From NCBI GenBank assembly GCA_025358525.1, contig JANYJI010000111.1, positions 1 to 39,071 on the forward strand: 39,071 bases of DNA. Direction: 5' to 3'. Within the stretch, counting starts at the first letter, position 1. Every line of letters begins with the position of its first letter. The translations under genes and the position numbers were made by a program. Origin of the DNA: Chloroflexota bacterium (GTDB lineage: Bacteria; Chloroflexota; Limnocylindria; Limnocylindrales; CSP1-4). Below are positions 1 to 9,510 of the stretch, piece by piece. Under the pieces are notes generated by a model, which was not told the origin of the DNA, ran no database searches, and saw only the letters and a program-made list of their open reading frames with translations.

Positions 1-18
1 CACGGCATCCTGGAACCC

Positions 19-1104
19 GTGGCGATGGCCGGTCTCCTGCTCGCTCTCCGCCCGACGAGACGAGGACTGGCGCTAGTGGCCATCGTCCTGGGCATCTCCG
101 TAGCTCTGGGCGGTCTGCTGAACATGATCCAGACTATCCCGGCCATGCCGTCGCTGTCGGTGATACAGACCAACAGGCTCCTCTTTTCACGCCTCACCTA
201 TTTCAACGTCGGTCTCTTCGGCGAGATGCTGGCCATGGCGTTGCCCCTTCTTCTGGTGGCTCTGATGGCTCGCCGCCAACTCAACCTCCGCCGGGCCGTC
301 GTGGTCCTGCTTGTGGCCGCGCTGCTGGTCTCTCTCGCGAGTCTCTTCCTGACATTCTCCAAGAGCGCCTATCTGGCCGCGTTTGGCGGCTGTCTCGTCC
401 TGCTGCTGCTGGTTGTCCGAAGTTGGCGGCGGCGAGCTTCGATCGTTCTGACTTTGGGCCTGCTCTCCACGGCGATGATCCCGTGGCCGGCTTTCTTCCT
501 CCAGGTGAGTCCGCCTCTCCAGCAGGCCTACCAGGACACGATGGTTTCGCTCGTGGGGGAGAGTCGCTACGACTCCTGGGATCCATCGACTCTGTCCGGC
601 CGCGGCTCACTCCTGGAGCGCTGGTACGCGACGCGGGCCGCAATGCAAATGGCCCTCGATCATCCGATCCTTGGAGTCGGCCTCGACCAGTTCAAGGGGC
701 AGTACGTCGGCCACTACCGGCCGCCGGAGGCGAAGCTGGACCTCGACTGGGCGCATTCGATGTGGCCCGAAGTCGCCGCGGAGCTGGGCCTTCCGGCGCT
801 TGCGCTGGACCTGATCATCTACGCTGCGGCGATGCTCGCATTGTGGCGGGTGTACCGGGCGCCGCCTGACGCGTTGTCGCGGCTGCTCGCCTGCGCCCTG
901 TTGGCCGCCCTCGTGTCGTGGCTGCTGGTCGGCACCGCCTTCGCGGGCGACATGTATCGGCCGTGGCGGAACATGGCCTCGGACTACGTGATGATGACGG
1001 TCCTGGTGGCGAGCGCCTTCGCCCTTTATCGGCTGACCCGCGACCGAGCCATTGCCGCGGCCAGGACCACGGCCGGAGCCACTACCGGAGCCACTACCGG
1101 CTGA
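19..1104 (+). CDS. O-antigen ligase (WaaL/Wzy_C)-family polytopic membrane protein, probably 5'-truncated by the window edge
   Basis: Many TM helices; TFSKSAYL after a TM; ER...A..M..DHPILGVG and AHS.W.EV.AELG motifs typical of O-antigen ligase/O-OTase proteins; frame open to the window start. Confidence 0.8.
   Translation: MAMAGLLLALRPTRRGLALVAIVLGISVALGGLLNMIQTIPAMPSLSVIQTNRLLFSRLTYFNVGLFGEMLAMALPLLLVALMARRQLNLRRAVVVLLVAALLVSLASLFLTFSKSAYLAAFGGCLVLLLLVVRSWRRRASIVLTLGLLSTAMIPWPAFFLQVSPPLQQAYQDTMVSLVGESRYDSWDPSTLSGRGSLLERWYATRAAMQMALDHPILGVGLDQFKGQYVGHYRPPEAKLDLDWAHSMWPEVAAELGLPALALDLIIYAAAMLALWRVYRAPPDALSRLLACALLAALVSWLLVGTAFAGDMYRPWRNMASDYVMMTVLVASAFALYRLTRDRAIAAARTTAGATTGATTG
1073..1100. 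repeat. 12-bp tandem duplication (CCGGAGCCACTA x2.3) encoding the ATTG-ATTG C-terminal tail
   Basis: Read directly from the sequence. Confidence 0.85.
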
Positions 1105-1112
1105 CGGTCAGG

Positions 1113-1769
1113 CTAGAAGCCGAGTTCGGCCAGAATGCGGTGCATCCGTTGGGCTGCCTTGCCACGGTGCGAGATGCGGTTCTTGGCCTCAGTCGTCCAC
1201 TCGCCGAGAGTGCGGCCGCCGGGCTTCTCAGTGGCCGGCTCGAAGATTGGGTCGTAACCGAAGCCGCCGTTCCCCTTCGGCGCCGTCGCGATTCGGCCTG
1301 CCAGCGTACCGTGCGTCAGCCGGACTGGGACGCCGCCGCGAGGCCCTCGGGTCTCGGGCAGAGCCAGAGCCAGGACACAGCGATAGCGGGCCCCGCGCCG
1401 CGATGCCGCCAACCCATCCAGGGCACCGAGCAACTTGACGTTGTTGTCTTCGTCAGTGGCGTTCTCGCCGGCGTAGCGTTTCGTTCGAACGCCCGGCCCG
1501 CCGTTGAGGGCATCAACCTCCAGACCGGAGTCGTCCGCCAGGGTGGGCAACCCGCATAAGGCCGCAAAGAAGCGGGCCTTCTTGGACGCATTCGTCTCGA
1601 ACGTCTCGCCGTCCTCAACGACCTCATCGGGGACGTGGAGGTCGTCGAGATCGATTAGTTCGGCCCTCAGGCCCAGGAGCTCGCGCAGTTCGCGGAGCTT
1701 GTGGGTCGAACGAGTGGCAACCAAAAGGCGCGATCGATCGGACGCCAGCGCTGACAAGTGAGCCGTCAC
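1113..1769 (-). CDS. rdgB: Non-canonical purine NTP pyrophosphatase (RdgB/HAM1, dITP/XTP)
   Basis: AT..HK..E, E.GETF..NA..KA, ADDSGLEVDALNG.PGV, GFGYDPIF and KNRISHRGKA motifs; directly downstream of rph. Confidence 0.95.
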   Translation of the reverse strand: MTAHLSALASDRSRLLVATRSTHKLRELRELLGLRAELIDLDDLHVPDEVVEDGETFETNASKKARFFAALCGLPTLADDSGLEVDALNGGPGVRTKRYAGENATDEDNNVKLLGALDGLAASRRGARYRCVLALALPETRGPRGGVPVRLTHGTLAGRIATAPKGNGGFGYDPIFEPATEKPGGRTLGEWTTEAKNRISHRGKAAQRMHRILAELGF

Positions 1770-1784
1770 GTGCGCTGAAGCCTG

Positions 1785-2519
1785 CTAGCGCTTGACCGAG
1801 GCGAACGCCTCAGCCTGCGCAGCGAAGAGCCGCTCGAGCCCGCCGGCTGCCAGATCGAGCATTCGGTCAACGTCCGAACGGTCGAACGGCTTGCCTTCGG
1901 CGGTACCCTGCAGCTCTACGTATTTGCCCGCGTCCGTGGCTACGACGTTAAAGTCCACCTCGGCCTTGGAATCCTCGGAATAGTCGAGGTCCAGGAGAGT
2001 GACGCCATCGAATATGCCGACACTCACTGCGGCTACGCGCCCGATCAGGCAGCGTTCCATGCCGTAGGTCCGCATCGCGGCCGCCATGGCCACCCAGCCG
2101 CCGGTGATCGAAGCGGTGCGGGTTCCGCCGTCGGCGTTGATTACGTCGCAGTCGACTGTGATCGTGCGCTCGCCCAACTTCGCCATGTCGACGACACCCC
2201 GCAGTGACCGACCGACCAGGCGCTGAATCTCGAACGTTCGGCCGCCGACCTTGCCTTTGGCGGCTTCGCGGATGGTCCGCTCGCTGGTGGCGCGGGGCAG
2301 CATGCTGTACTCGGCCGTGACCCAGCCGGAGCCCTTACCGCGCAGGTGGGGCGGAACCTTGTCTTCGATCGTGGCCGCGCACAGCACTTCCGTGCCGCCA
2401 ACCTTGATCAGGCACGAGCCCTCGGCCCACTTCTGCACGCCCAGAGTGAGGGTCAAGGGTCGCAGGTCGTTCGGGAGGCGGCCGTCGGTCCGCTGCAGCG
2501 ATCGAGCCCCGATGGTCAT
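1785..2519 (-). CDS. rph: Ribonuclease PH
   Basis: RTDGR..N.LRP, GWVTAEYSMLPRAT, RTFEIQRLVGRSLR, DCDVI.ADGGTRTASITG, DL.Y.EDS, ELQGTAEG motifs. Confidence 0.97.
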   Translation of the reverse strand: MTIGARSLQRTDGRLPNDLRPLTLTLGVQKWAEGSCLIKVGGTEVLCAATIEDKVPPHLRGKGSGWVTAEYSMLPRATSERTIREAAKGKVGGRTFEIQRLVGRSLRGVVDMAKLGERTITVDCDVINADGGTRTASITGGWVAMAAAMRTYGMERCLIGRVAAVSVGIFDGVTLLDLDYSEDSKAEVDFNVVATDAGKYVELQGTAEGKPFDRSDVDRMLDLAAGGLERLFAAQAEAFASVKR

Positions 2520-3742
2520 TTGGTCGACTCCTCATTCGCCGCCGGCAGGTGGCCCCTGGCCTCGGCGCGCGCCTCGGCCTTTGCAGCATCCCACAACTCG
2601 TCGAGTTCGGCGAAACTCATGTCGCGTAGCTGAACACCACGCTCGCGGGCCATTCGCTCGACGCGGTGGAAGCGGCCCCGGAACTTGTCGGCCGCGGCCC
2701 GCAGAGCGCCCTCAGCCTCGACACCGTGGCGCCGGGCCAGGTTGGTCACGACCAGCAGAAGGTCGCCGACTTCCTCGCGCTTCTCCTCGTCCGTCTCGGC
2801 CGCGGCCAACTCGGCCATCTCCTCGTGGACCTTGTCGAGGATGCCGACGATTTCCGGCCAGTCGTAGCCCAGATGAGCTGCCCGCTCCTGCATCTCCTGG
2901 GCCGCGGCGAGCGCCGGCATGGATCGAGAGATGCCGTCGAGGGCGCCGCGAACTTCGGTTGCCTCGCCCGGTGAGCCGCTGGCGCCCTCAAGCCGCGCGC
3001 CGCGCGATGCTTCGTCTTCGCGCTCGACCCGCTTGATCTGCTCCCACTGCCGATTGACGTCGCTCGCCGTGGAGACGCGGGCATCGCCAAAGACGTGAGG
3101 GTGGCGGCGAACGATCTTGCGGCTGATCGCTTCCTCGACGTCCGTCATGTCGAAGACGCCGGCTTCGGCGGCGAGTTGGGCGTGGAGCACGATCTGGAGG
3201 TATAGGTCGCCCAGCTCGCCGGCCAGCTCGGGCGTAGCCCCACCGTCGAGAATGTCGTAGACCTCGTACGCTTCCTCGAGCAGGTGCTTCTTGAGCGATT
3301 GATGGGTCTGCTCACGGTCCCACGGGCAACCGTCCGGCTGGCGCAGTCGAGCCGCGATCCAGGGCAAAGACCAGGGGCTTGCGGTCGCGCGCTCAGGCGC
3401 CAACGGCGCCAGGTATAGAGGGCCGGCCAGAGCCGCAGTGTCCAGCTCGCCAACGGTAGTGGCGTCGGCCACGCCGATGCGCCCGACGACATGGTCGGCT
3501 GGGTAGAGGCGCCGCAGGATGGCCAGCGCGCCACCGTCGGCCGGCGCGTGTCGGCCCGGGAGTGGCGACGCCCCGGCCGAAGTCGGTTCAGGAACGTGGA
3601 GGGCTGTCAGCGGAACCAGGAGCAGCGGCCGCGAGGGCTCGATTGGCGTTTCTGCCAGCCGATCAGCCGTGGCAATCTGCAGCCCGGCCGCTGGGTCGAG
3701 CCCCCAGCGGATTCGAGCCTCTGCGACGAACGCGTCGAGCAC
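2516..3742 (-). CDS. mazG: Nucleoside triphosphate pyrophosphohydrolase MazG with YabN-like N-terminal remnant
   Basis: LRQPDGCPWDREQTH.SL..HLLEEAYE, ELGDL, RRHPHVFG and a second EE..E/E.GDLL module. Start moved to GTG 3742 just after the upstream gene's stop. Stop overlaps the rph start (ATGA). Confidence 0.93.
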   Translation of the reverse strand: MLDAFVAEARIRWGLDPAAGLQIATADRLAETPIEPSRPLLLVPLTALHVPEPTSAGASPLPGRHAPADGGALAILRRLYPADHVVGRIGVADATTVGELDTAALAGPLYLAPLAPERATASPWSLPWIAARLRQPDGCPWDREQTHQSLKKHLLEEAYEVYDILDGGATPELAGELGDLYLQIVLHAQLAAEAGVFDMTDVEEAISRKIVRRHPHVFGDARVSTASDVNRQWEQIKRVEREDEASRGARLEGASGSPGEATEVRGALDGISRSMPALAAAQEMQERAAHLGYDWPEIVGILDKVHEEMAELAAAETDEEKREEVGDLLLVVTNLARRHGVEAEGALRAAADKFRGRFHRVERMARERGVQLRDMSFAELDELWDAAKAEARAEARGHLPAANEESTK

Positions 3743-3755
3743 CAGTCCCGCGCGG

Positions 3756-5546
3756 CTACGGAGTCGGCGAAGGCGGGGCCATGGCAGCCAGGCCAGGGGC
3801 GTCGGTCCAGACGAGGGCCGTGCCCTGGAGGTCCGCCAGCCAACGCTGGTAGACGAGCTTCTTGAGCCTTGCCTGGGTGTCCGCATCGGCGACCCGGGTC
3901 TGCTCGTCCAGGACCTTAAACACCCAGTAGCCGCTGTTGGAGACCATGCGGCTCACGCCGCCGATGGGCGTCTGCCAGATCGCAGCTTCCTGGTCGGTCG
4001 TGAGCATGTACTTCGTGACCCAACCCATATCGCCGCCCTTGGCTGCGTCGGCTGCGTCGCTGATCTGCTTGGCCTCCTCGACGAAGTCCACGCCCGAGTT
4101 GATCAGCAGCTGGGCGTTGGCGATTCGCTGCTCCGGCGCCGCGCGTCGGCTCTCGAACTGAACTACGACATATCCCTTGGACGGCTCCTGGATCGGGTCG
4201 AGGAGCGTGCCGGTCACAAGACCATCCTTGTAGAGCGCCGCGGCCACGTTGGTCATGCCAAGCCCTTGGCTACCGGATGCGGTTTGGGCAGCGAACCATG
4301 AGTTCGTGATCCAGGGCACCTCGCCGCTGCGGGTGTTGACCATCTGGTCGTCGTTCACCTTTGTATCGACGGCCATGCTCGCGAACTTGGTCGGGTCACT
4401 GCGGAGGGTGGCGACTGCCGCATCGGCGCGCTTCTTGGCATCGTCCCACGATGGGTCGGTCGTCGGGACCGTCGAAGCGTTCGCCTCGCTGTGGGCTGGG
4501 GAGAAGACGAGCAGCCGGAACTTGACCTCATCGCCATCGCCCGGCGGGCTGGCGCCAGGCGCGATCGCGATCTCGAGAACATGGCGCTGATTGGTCGCGC
4601 CGCTGACGTACTGGGCCTCGATCTTGTTCTGGACGGCCTTCGAAAGGGCCCCGGCCCGGGCATAAGCCCGATATGTGTCACCGTGGCCCACCGACTTTTC
4701 CCAATCTGCATCCACGAACTTGGGCACGATGCTCGTGACCGTGGCGAAGCGGAAGATGCCGTCTGAGCCCTTGATGACGGTGGTCATGTCGTTGACCTTG
4801 GCCAGGGCGAAGACGGCGTCGATCATCTCGGGGTCGAGGCTGAGCGAGTCTTTGCTAACCAGCCCCAGATCGCCGAGACTGCCGCCGTTGGCGACGGCGT
4901 CCTGGCCCGACTCGGTGGCGACGTCTGCCCACTTTTTGCCGCCCTTAACCTCGTCCAGGAGCGTCTGAGCCCTGGTCTGGGCAGCGAGCACGTCCGAAGG
5001 TGTGGGCGCAGTGGCAGGCGGCGTTGCATTAGGCTGAACGCCGATAACCATTACGTGGCGCAGGTCCGGGATCGTGGCCTCGACCTGGATCTGGTCGTTC
5101 ACCTGAGCGTCGGTTACAGAGATGTTGTTTTTCGCCGCGTACTGACGGAGCGTAGCCTCATGCTTCAGCTGAGTCAGGGCATCGTTTTGGATCGTCGTCG
5201 GATCCTGGGCTGTCATGGGCGCGTTGGCAAGGGACTGAAACTCGGCTGACGTGATCTTGCCCTGGTTCCTGAGTGCGGTCAGGTCGTCGACCTGGCGCTT
5301 GTAGAGAGACACGTTCATCGCCGCTCGATCCCGAACCGCGTCCTTGCCGATGACCTCGCCATTGACTGCCGCGATCGGGGCCCAGTGGTCCGTGTAGTAA
5401 CCGGCTACAAAGACGCCTCCCATAAGCGACAGCGCAGACGCGATGGCCAGCGAGAAGGTGAGCGTGATGTAGATCGATCGACGGCTGTCGTCGCGTCTGG
5501 CTCGGCGGCGTGTGGGCTGCGCGGCCGGTCGGGAACGGAAGGTCAT
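3756..5546 (-). CDS. Membrane-anchored SurA/PrsA/PpiD-like foldase with parvulin-type PPIase domains
   Basis: N-terminal basic stretch plus one TM; AAVNGE.I SurA_N-like region; two rotamase-like segments (G..WADVA...S.D..GDLG.V; G.DF.E.AK..SD....KGGDMGWV). Confidence 0.8.
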   Translation of the reverse strand: MTFRSRPAAQPTRRRARRDDSRRSIYITLTFSLAIASALSLMGGVFVAGYYTDHWAPIAAVNGEVIGKDAVRDRAAMNVSLYKRQVDDLTALRNQGKITSAEFQSLANAPMTAQDPTTIQNDALTQLKHEATLRQYAAKNNISVTDAQVNDQIQVEATIPDLRHVMVIGVQPNATPPATAPTPSDVLAAQTRAQTLLDEVKGGKKWADVATESGQDAVANGGSLGDLGLVSKDSLSLDPEMIDAVFALAKVNDMTTVIKGSDGIFRFATVTSIVPKFVDADWEKSVGHGDTYRAYARAGALSKAVQNKIEAQYVSGATNQRHVLEIAIAPGASPPGDGDEVKFRLLVFSPAHSEANASTVPTTDPSWDDAKKRADAAVATLRSDPTKFASMAVDTKVNDDQMVNTRSGEVPWITNSWFAAQTASGSQGLGMTNVAAALYKDGLVTGTLLDPIQEPSKGYVVVQFESRRAAPEQRIANAQLLINSGVDFVEEAKQISDAADAAKGGDMGWVTKYMLTTDQEAAIWQTPIGGVSRMVSNSGYWVFKVLDEQTRVADADTQARLKKLVYQRWLADLQGTALVWTDAPGLAAMAPPSPTP

Positions 5547-5603
5547 CTGGGCGTCCTGGTTGCGAGCGTGGCCCGACGAGACACGCCGGGGTAACGGAGC
5601 CGT

Positions 5604-5609
5604 ATGCTA
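5604..5609 (-). promoter_or_regulatory. Putative -10 element (TAGCAT) for the PPIase-mazG-rph-rdgB operon
   Basis: ggTAGCAT about 57 nt upstream of the ATG; the same TANNNT pattern occurs at other operon heads. Confidence 0.45.
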
Positions 5610-5688
5610 CCGCATTCTGCTTCCTGAAACGGCGGATCGCCGAGCCAGTGCGGCCGCGGAGGAGACTGTGTGCGGGCCGTTGCGTTGA

Positions 5689-6927
5689 CTACCGTGATGG
5701 CTTCCGCCTCGCTCCGGTTCGGCGCGAACGGGCCAGGAGCCGATCCACGACTGCCCGATACGCGGCCGCCTGGCGTGTCCAGCTCAACTCTTCCACGCGG
5801 CGGCTGGTCCGCTCGATACGCCCCTGGCGGTCGGCGGGGTCGTCGGCGAGGCCCATGATGGTCGCGGCCAGCGATTCGGGATCGCCTGGCTCGTAGACGG
5901 CCAGCGTGTCGGGCTCGAAGTAGCGCTCGACGGTGGGCAGGCGCGAGGCCACGACCGGCTTCTCCATGGCCGCATATTCGAGCAGCTTGGTTGAGAGGCT
6001 CATGCCCGTGAACGGATCCAGGCGGGTGGGGGCGATGCCGATGTCCGCTGCGGCGACAGCCCGGGGAACGGCCTCGATGGGGATGCGGCCGGGGAAGGTG
6101 ACCAGTTCGGCGATTCCGAGTTTGGCGGCCAGCGCTTCGAGGCTGGGCAGAGCGTCGCCACGACCGTAAAACGTGGCCTCTACCGGCAGGTCCGGCCGAA
6201 CACGAGCTATGGTGGCTACGGCCCGCAGGACTACATCTAGCTCGTACGTGGGCGTCAAGGCGCCTGTGTAGACGATGCGCAGGACTCCGTCGGCCATGAA
6301 CTCACGGCGGGGCTGCGCCGTCGGGTCGAAGAGGCCCAGGTCCGGGCTGTTGAGAACGACGGCCAGACGGTCGGGCTTGACGCCCAGGCCTCGAAGGCGT
6401 TCGGCCAGTGGCTCGTTCACCGTCAAGACCTCGTTGGCCAGCCAGATGGACAGCTTTTCCTGCAGGCGGAGCAGTCGGTAGCTGATTGGATTGGCGGCCC
6501 TGGGGAACCGACTTCGGAAGAATTCGGGCATCGCCTCGTGCAGGTCGAGCAGGACCGGCACTCCGGCCAGCTTCATTGGCAGGGCGGCGAAGACAAGGTA
6601 ATCCGGGAGCGAGTGCACCTCCACCAGGGCGTAGCGGCGGCGGCGGCAGGCACGAGTGGCGGCCCACATCGAGCGGAGCAGAAAGGCCCCGTATTCGGCG
6701 AGGTAGACCGGCAGACCCGCGCCCTGATGGCGACGGACTGGCAGGCGACGCACATTGACACCCGCCACGATCGTCCGATCGGCCTCGCCTGGCCGGCGCA
6801 GGCCGTAGACGTCGACATCCCAGCCGGCTGCCACGAGGGCCTCCGCCTCGCGCCTGACTCTGGGGTCTTCCTCGTAGTACGCATGGACGATCATGCAGAT
6901 CGGCCGCCGCGGGGTGTTTGTCGTCAC
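5689..6927 (-). CDS. Glycosyltransferase family 4 (GT-B)
   Basis: DPRVRREAEAL..AGWDV, LDLHE, and C-terminal K..EY.AM.KPVVAS nucleotide-sugar-binding motif; start overlaps the wecB stop. Confidence 0.9.
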   Translation of the reverse strand: MTTNTPRRPICMIVHAYYEEDPRVRREAEALVAAGWDVDVYGLRRPGEADRTIVAGVNVRRLPVRRHQGAGLPVYLAEYGAFLLRSMWAATRACRRRRYALVEVHSLPDYLVFAALPMKLAGVPVLLDLHEAMPEFFRSRFPRAANPISYRLLRLQEKLSIWLANEVLTVNEPLAERLRGLGVKPDRLAVVLNSPDLGLFDPTAQPRREFMADGVLRIVYTGALTPTYELDVVLRAVATIARVRPDLPVEATFYGRGDALPSLEALAAKLGIAELVTFPGRIPIEAVPRAVAAADIGIAPTRLDPFTGMSLSTKLLEYAAMEKPVVASRLPTVERYFEPDTLAVYEPGDPESLAATIMGLADDPADRQGRIERTSRRVEELSWTRQAAAYRAVVDRLLARSRRTGARRKPSR

Positions 6928-8057
6928 GCTCGGGTTCCGGCGACGTCGCGGCTAACGGGGAATGCGCTCGCGATTCGCTCCGCAGCGCCCGAGCCCCCCA
7001 GCCGCAGTGTGGCCGCCCGCTCGGCGGCCGCTTCCTCGGACCGGGCGAGTGGCGCTCGTGCGGCCATCTCACGCACGGCCAGGCCACGGTCAAGGCCGAC
7101 CAGGACGGCCGAGCTGCCGGCCCCTCCGACGGTCTCGACCCATTCGGTCGTGGTCCGCAGGACCAGGCACGGAACTCCCAGCCAGGCCGACTCGCGCTGA
7201 ATGCCGCCCGAGTCGGTCAGGACGGCTGCGGCGTGCAGCTGGAGGGCCAGCGAGGTTCGATAGCTTTGCGGCTCAACGACGGCCACTACCTCTGGGAGGG
7301 TGACGCCGGCCGCGTCGAGGGCGGCCCGGGTTCCGGGATGGAGGGCCAGAACAACAGGTCGATCGCGTGATGCGACCGCGCCTAGCAGGGCCGACCATTC
7401 GGTCATCGCTTGGGGCGTCCGGTTTTCGGCCCGATGGACCGTCGCGAACAGAAAGTGGCCGGGCGTCAGTGGGATGCCCAAACGCTCAGCGATGGGGGCC
7501 AGGACGGCCGGATCGCGAACCTCTTCGGAGACTCGGGCTGCCAGATCGAGCATCAGGTCGCCGACTTCGGTGACGCCCCGTGTGATCCCTTCGGCCGCCA
7601 GGTTGGCCAGGGCCGCAGCGGTCGGGGCGAAGAGCCAGGTGGATAGATGGTCGGCCACGACTCGGTTCAGCTCTTCTGGCATGCGCCGGTCGAAGCTGCG
7701 CAGCCCGGCCTCTACGTGAGCCACGGGAATTCCCAGCTTGGCCGCCGCCAGGGCCCCGGCCAGCGTGGAGTTGGTATCGCCGTAGACGACAACCACGTCC
7801 GGCTTCTCGGCCGTGAGCAGCGGCTCCAGAGCCATCAGCATGCGGCCGGTCTGGTCGCCGTGGCCGCCTCCGCCCAGCCCCAGCGAGTAGCTCGGCTGGG
7901 CGAGCCCGAGCTCACCGAAGAAGCTGCCGGCCATCGCCTCGTCGTAGTGCTGGCCGGTGTCCACAAAGATGTCCTCGTGGAAGCGGCGAAGTACCGGCTG
8001 CAGCGCGGCCGCCTTGATCAACTGCGGTCGCGTGCCGACGACACTGACGATTCGCAC
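6924..8057 (-). CDS. wecB: UDP-N-acetylglucosamine 2-epimerase (non-hydrolysing), WecB/WbpI-like
   Basis: VVGTRPQ.IK, TGQHYD, GDTNSTLAG, HVEAGLRS, MPEE.NR, TDSGG.Q.E, LR.TTEW.E motifs; start set to GTG 8057. Confidence 0.92.
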   Translation of the reverse strand: MRIVSVVGTRPQLIKAAALQPVLRRFHEDIFVDTGQHYDEAMAGSFFGELGLAQPSYSLGLGGGGHGDQTGRMLMALEPLLTAEKPDVVVVYGDTNSTLAGALAAAKLGIPVAHVEAGLRSFDRRMPEELNRVVADHLSTWLFAPTAAALANLAAEGITRGVTEVGDLMLDLAARVSEEVRDPAVLAPIAERLGIPLTPGHFLFATVHRAENRTPQAMTEWSALLGAVASRDRPVVLALHPGTRAALDAAGVTLPEVVAVVEPQSYRTSLALQLHAAAVLTDSGGIQRESAWLGVPCLVLRTTTEWVETVGGAGSSAVLVGLDRGLAVREMAARAPLARSEEAAAERAATLRLGGSGAAERIASAFPVSRDVAGTRA

Positions 8058-8070
8058 CGGCGGCCGCCGC

Positions 8071-9510
8071 CTACTTGCCGGCCGGAGCGTAGTCCGGGCG
8101 GCGTCGCGTAGCGGCCTGCACACCGATGCCCATGTAGCGGACGTTCGGCGGGAGATCGATTTCGCGCAGGCTGTTGCGCCCGTCCAGGATTACTTCGAGC
8201 TCGGGGAAGAGTGAGAAGTCGATCGACTCCCAAAGGTTGTCGGCCGTCTGGGTGACGATGGCGCGGAAGCGGGCGGGTTGGCCCCATTGATACGGGCCGG
8301 CGCAGCAGCGCTCGATCTCTGCGATGGAGAGGAGCGGGTCGTAGGCCGCCACCTCGGCGCCGTGGAACGACAGGCGTTCGATAAGGGGCAGGGCGCGCGA
8401 GTAGGCCAGCTCCTTGACCGTCTCGCGGTAGGTCAGTCCAAGGACGAGGATCGGCACATCGTCGAGACCGCCAAGCAGCCCTTCGAGGGCCTTGATGGCC
8501 ACTCCAACCTGGGCATCGTTGGTACGGCGGGCGACGGCGACGACCTCGAGATCCGGGGCGCGGCTCAGGAGAAGATGCGGGTACACGGGAATGCAGTGGC
8601 CGCCGACGCCGATGCCCGGCTGGTGAATGTGCGAGTAGGGTTGGCTGTTGGCGCCTTCGATGACTTCCTGAATGTCGACGCCTACGCGATCGGCATACCG
8701 GGCGAAGTCGTTGGCCAGGGCGATGTTGACGTCGCGGTAGGTCGTGTCGGCGATCTTGCTGAACTCGGCCGCTTCGGAACAGCTCATGGCGACTATCTCG
8801 GCGTCCAGCACGGAGTCGTAGAAGTTGGCTGCGCGCCGCCCCGACTCTGGACCAATACCGCCGACCAGCTTGGGATAGGTCGCCAGGTTGGCGAATACGG
8901 CGCCCGAGAAGAGGCGCTCCGGTGAGAAGGCCACGAAGAAATCCGTCTCCGCCTGCAGGCCGGTCGCCGCTTCCAGTCGCGGGGCGAAGCGGCCGCGAGT
9001 GTCGCCGACCGGGAGAGTGGTCTCGAAGATGATCGTGACGCCGGAGTGGACGCCGCCGGAGATCGAATCCACGGCCGAGTCCATGTAGCGGTAGTCCGGC
9101 TGCTGGGCGTCGTCGAGCATGACCGGCACGATCAGGACGACCACGTCTGCCTCGCGCGTGGCGGCCGCGGCGTCTGTGGTGGCGCTCAGCCGGCCTACGG
9201 CGTGGACCTCCGCCACTGCCTCGGCCAGCCCCGGCTCTTCGGCCACATGCGAGCGGCCCTCGTTGATCGAGGCCACGACGTTGGGATTTACGTCCACAGC
9301 CGTCACGGTCCAGCCGTGGCGGGCGAACTGAACAGCGAGGGGTAGGCCCATCTTGCCGGCACCCACGACGACGGCCCTGCCCGCCGTGCCCGGTTCGCCG
9401 GTCCACGGGTTGACCATTCGAGGTGTGCCGTGGGTGCATGGATTGACCGGCGGCGTAATGGAGCCACCGAGAAGGCTGACGACGCGGGATGGGCGGGTGA
9501 CGATGGTCAT
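8071..9510 (-). CDS. Nucleotide-sugar dehydrogenase (WecC/WbpA-like UDP-HexNAc 6-dehydrogenase)
   Basis: GAGKMGLP Rossmann motif, ETT.PVG.T, FSPER, AE..K, catalytic GGHCIP; ATG 9510 overlaps the upstream stop. Confidence 0.9.
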   Translation of the reverse strand: MTIVTRPSRVVSLLGGSITPPVNPCTHGTPRMVNPWTGEPGTAGRAVVVGAGKMGLPLAVQFARHGWTVTAVDVNPNVVASINEGRSHVAEEPGLAEAVAEVHAVGRLSATTDAAAATREADVVVLIVPVMLDDAQQPDYRYMDSAVDSISGGVHSGVTIIFETTLPVGDTRGRFAPRLEAATGLQAETDFFVAFSPERLFSGAVFANLATYPKLVGGIGPESGRRAANFYDSVLDAEIVAMSCSEAAEFSKIADTTYRDVNIALANDFARYADRVGVDIQEVIEGANSQPYSHIHQPGIGVGGHCIPVYPHLLLSRAPDLEVVAVARRTNDAQVGVAIKALEGLLGGLDDVPILVLGLTYRETVKELAYSRALPLIERLSFHGAEVAAYDPLLSIAEIERCCAGPYQWGQPARFRAIVTQTADNLWESIDFSLFPELEVILDGRNSLREIDLPPNVRYMGIGVQAATRRRPDYAPAGK

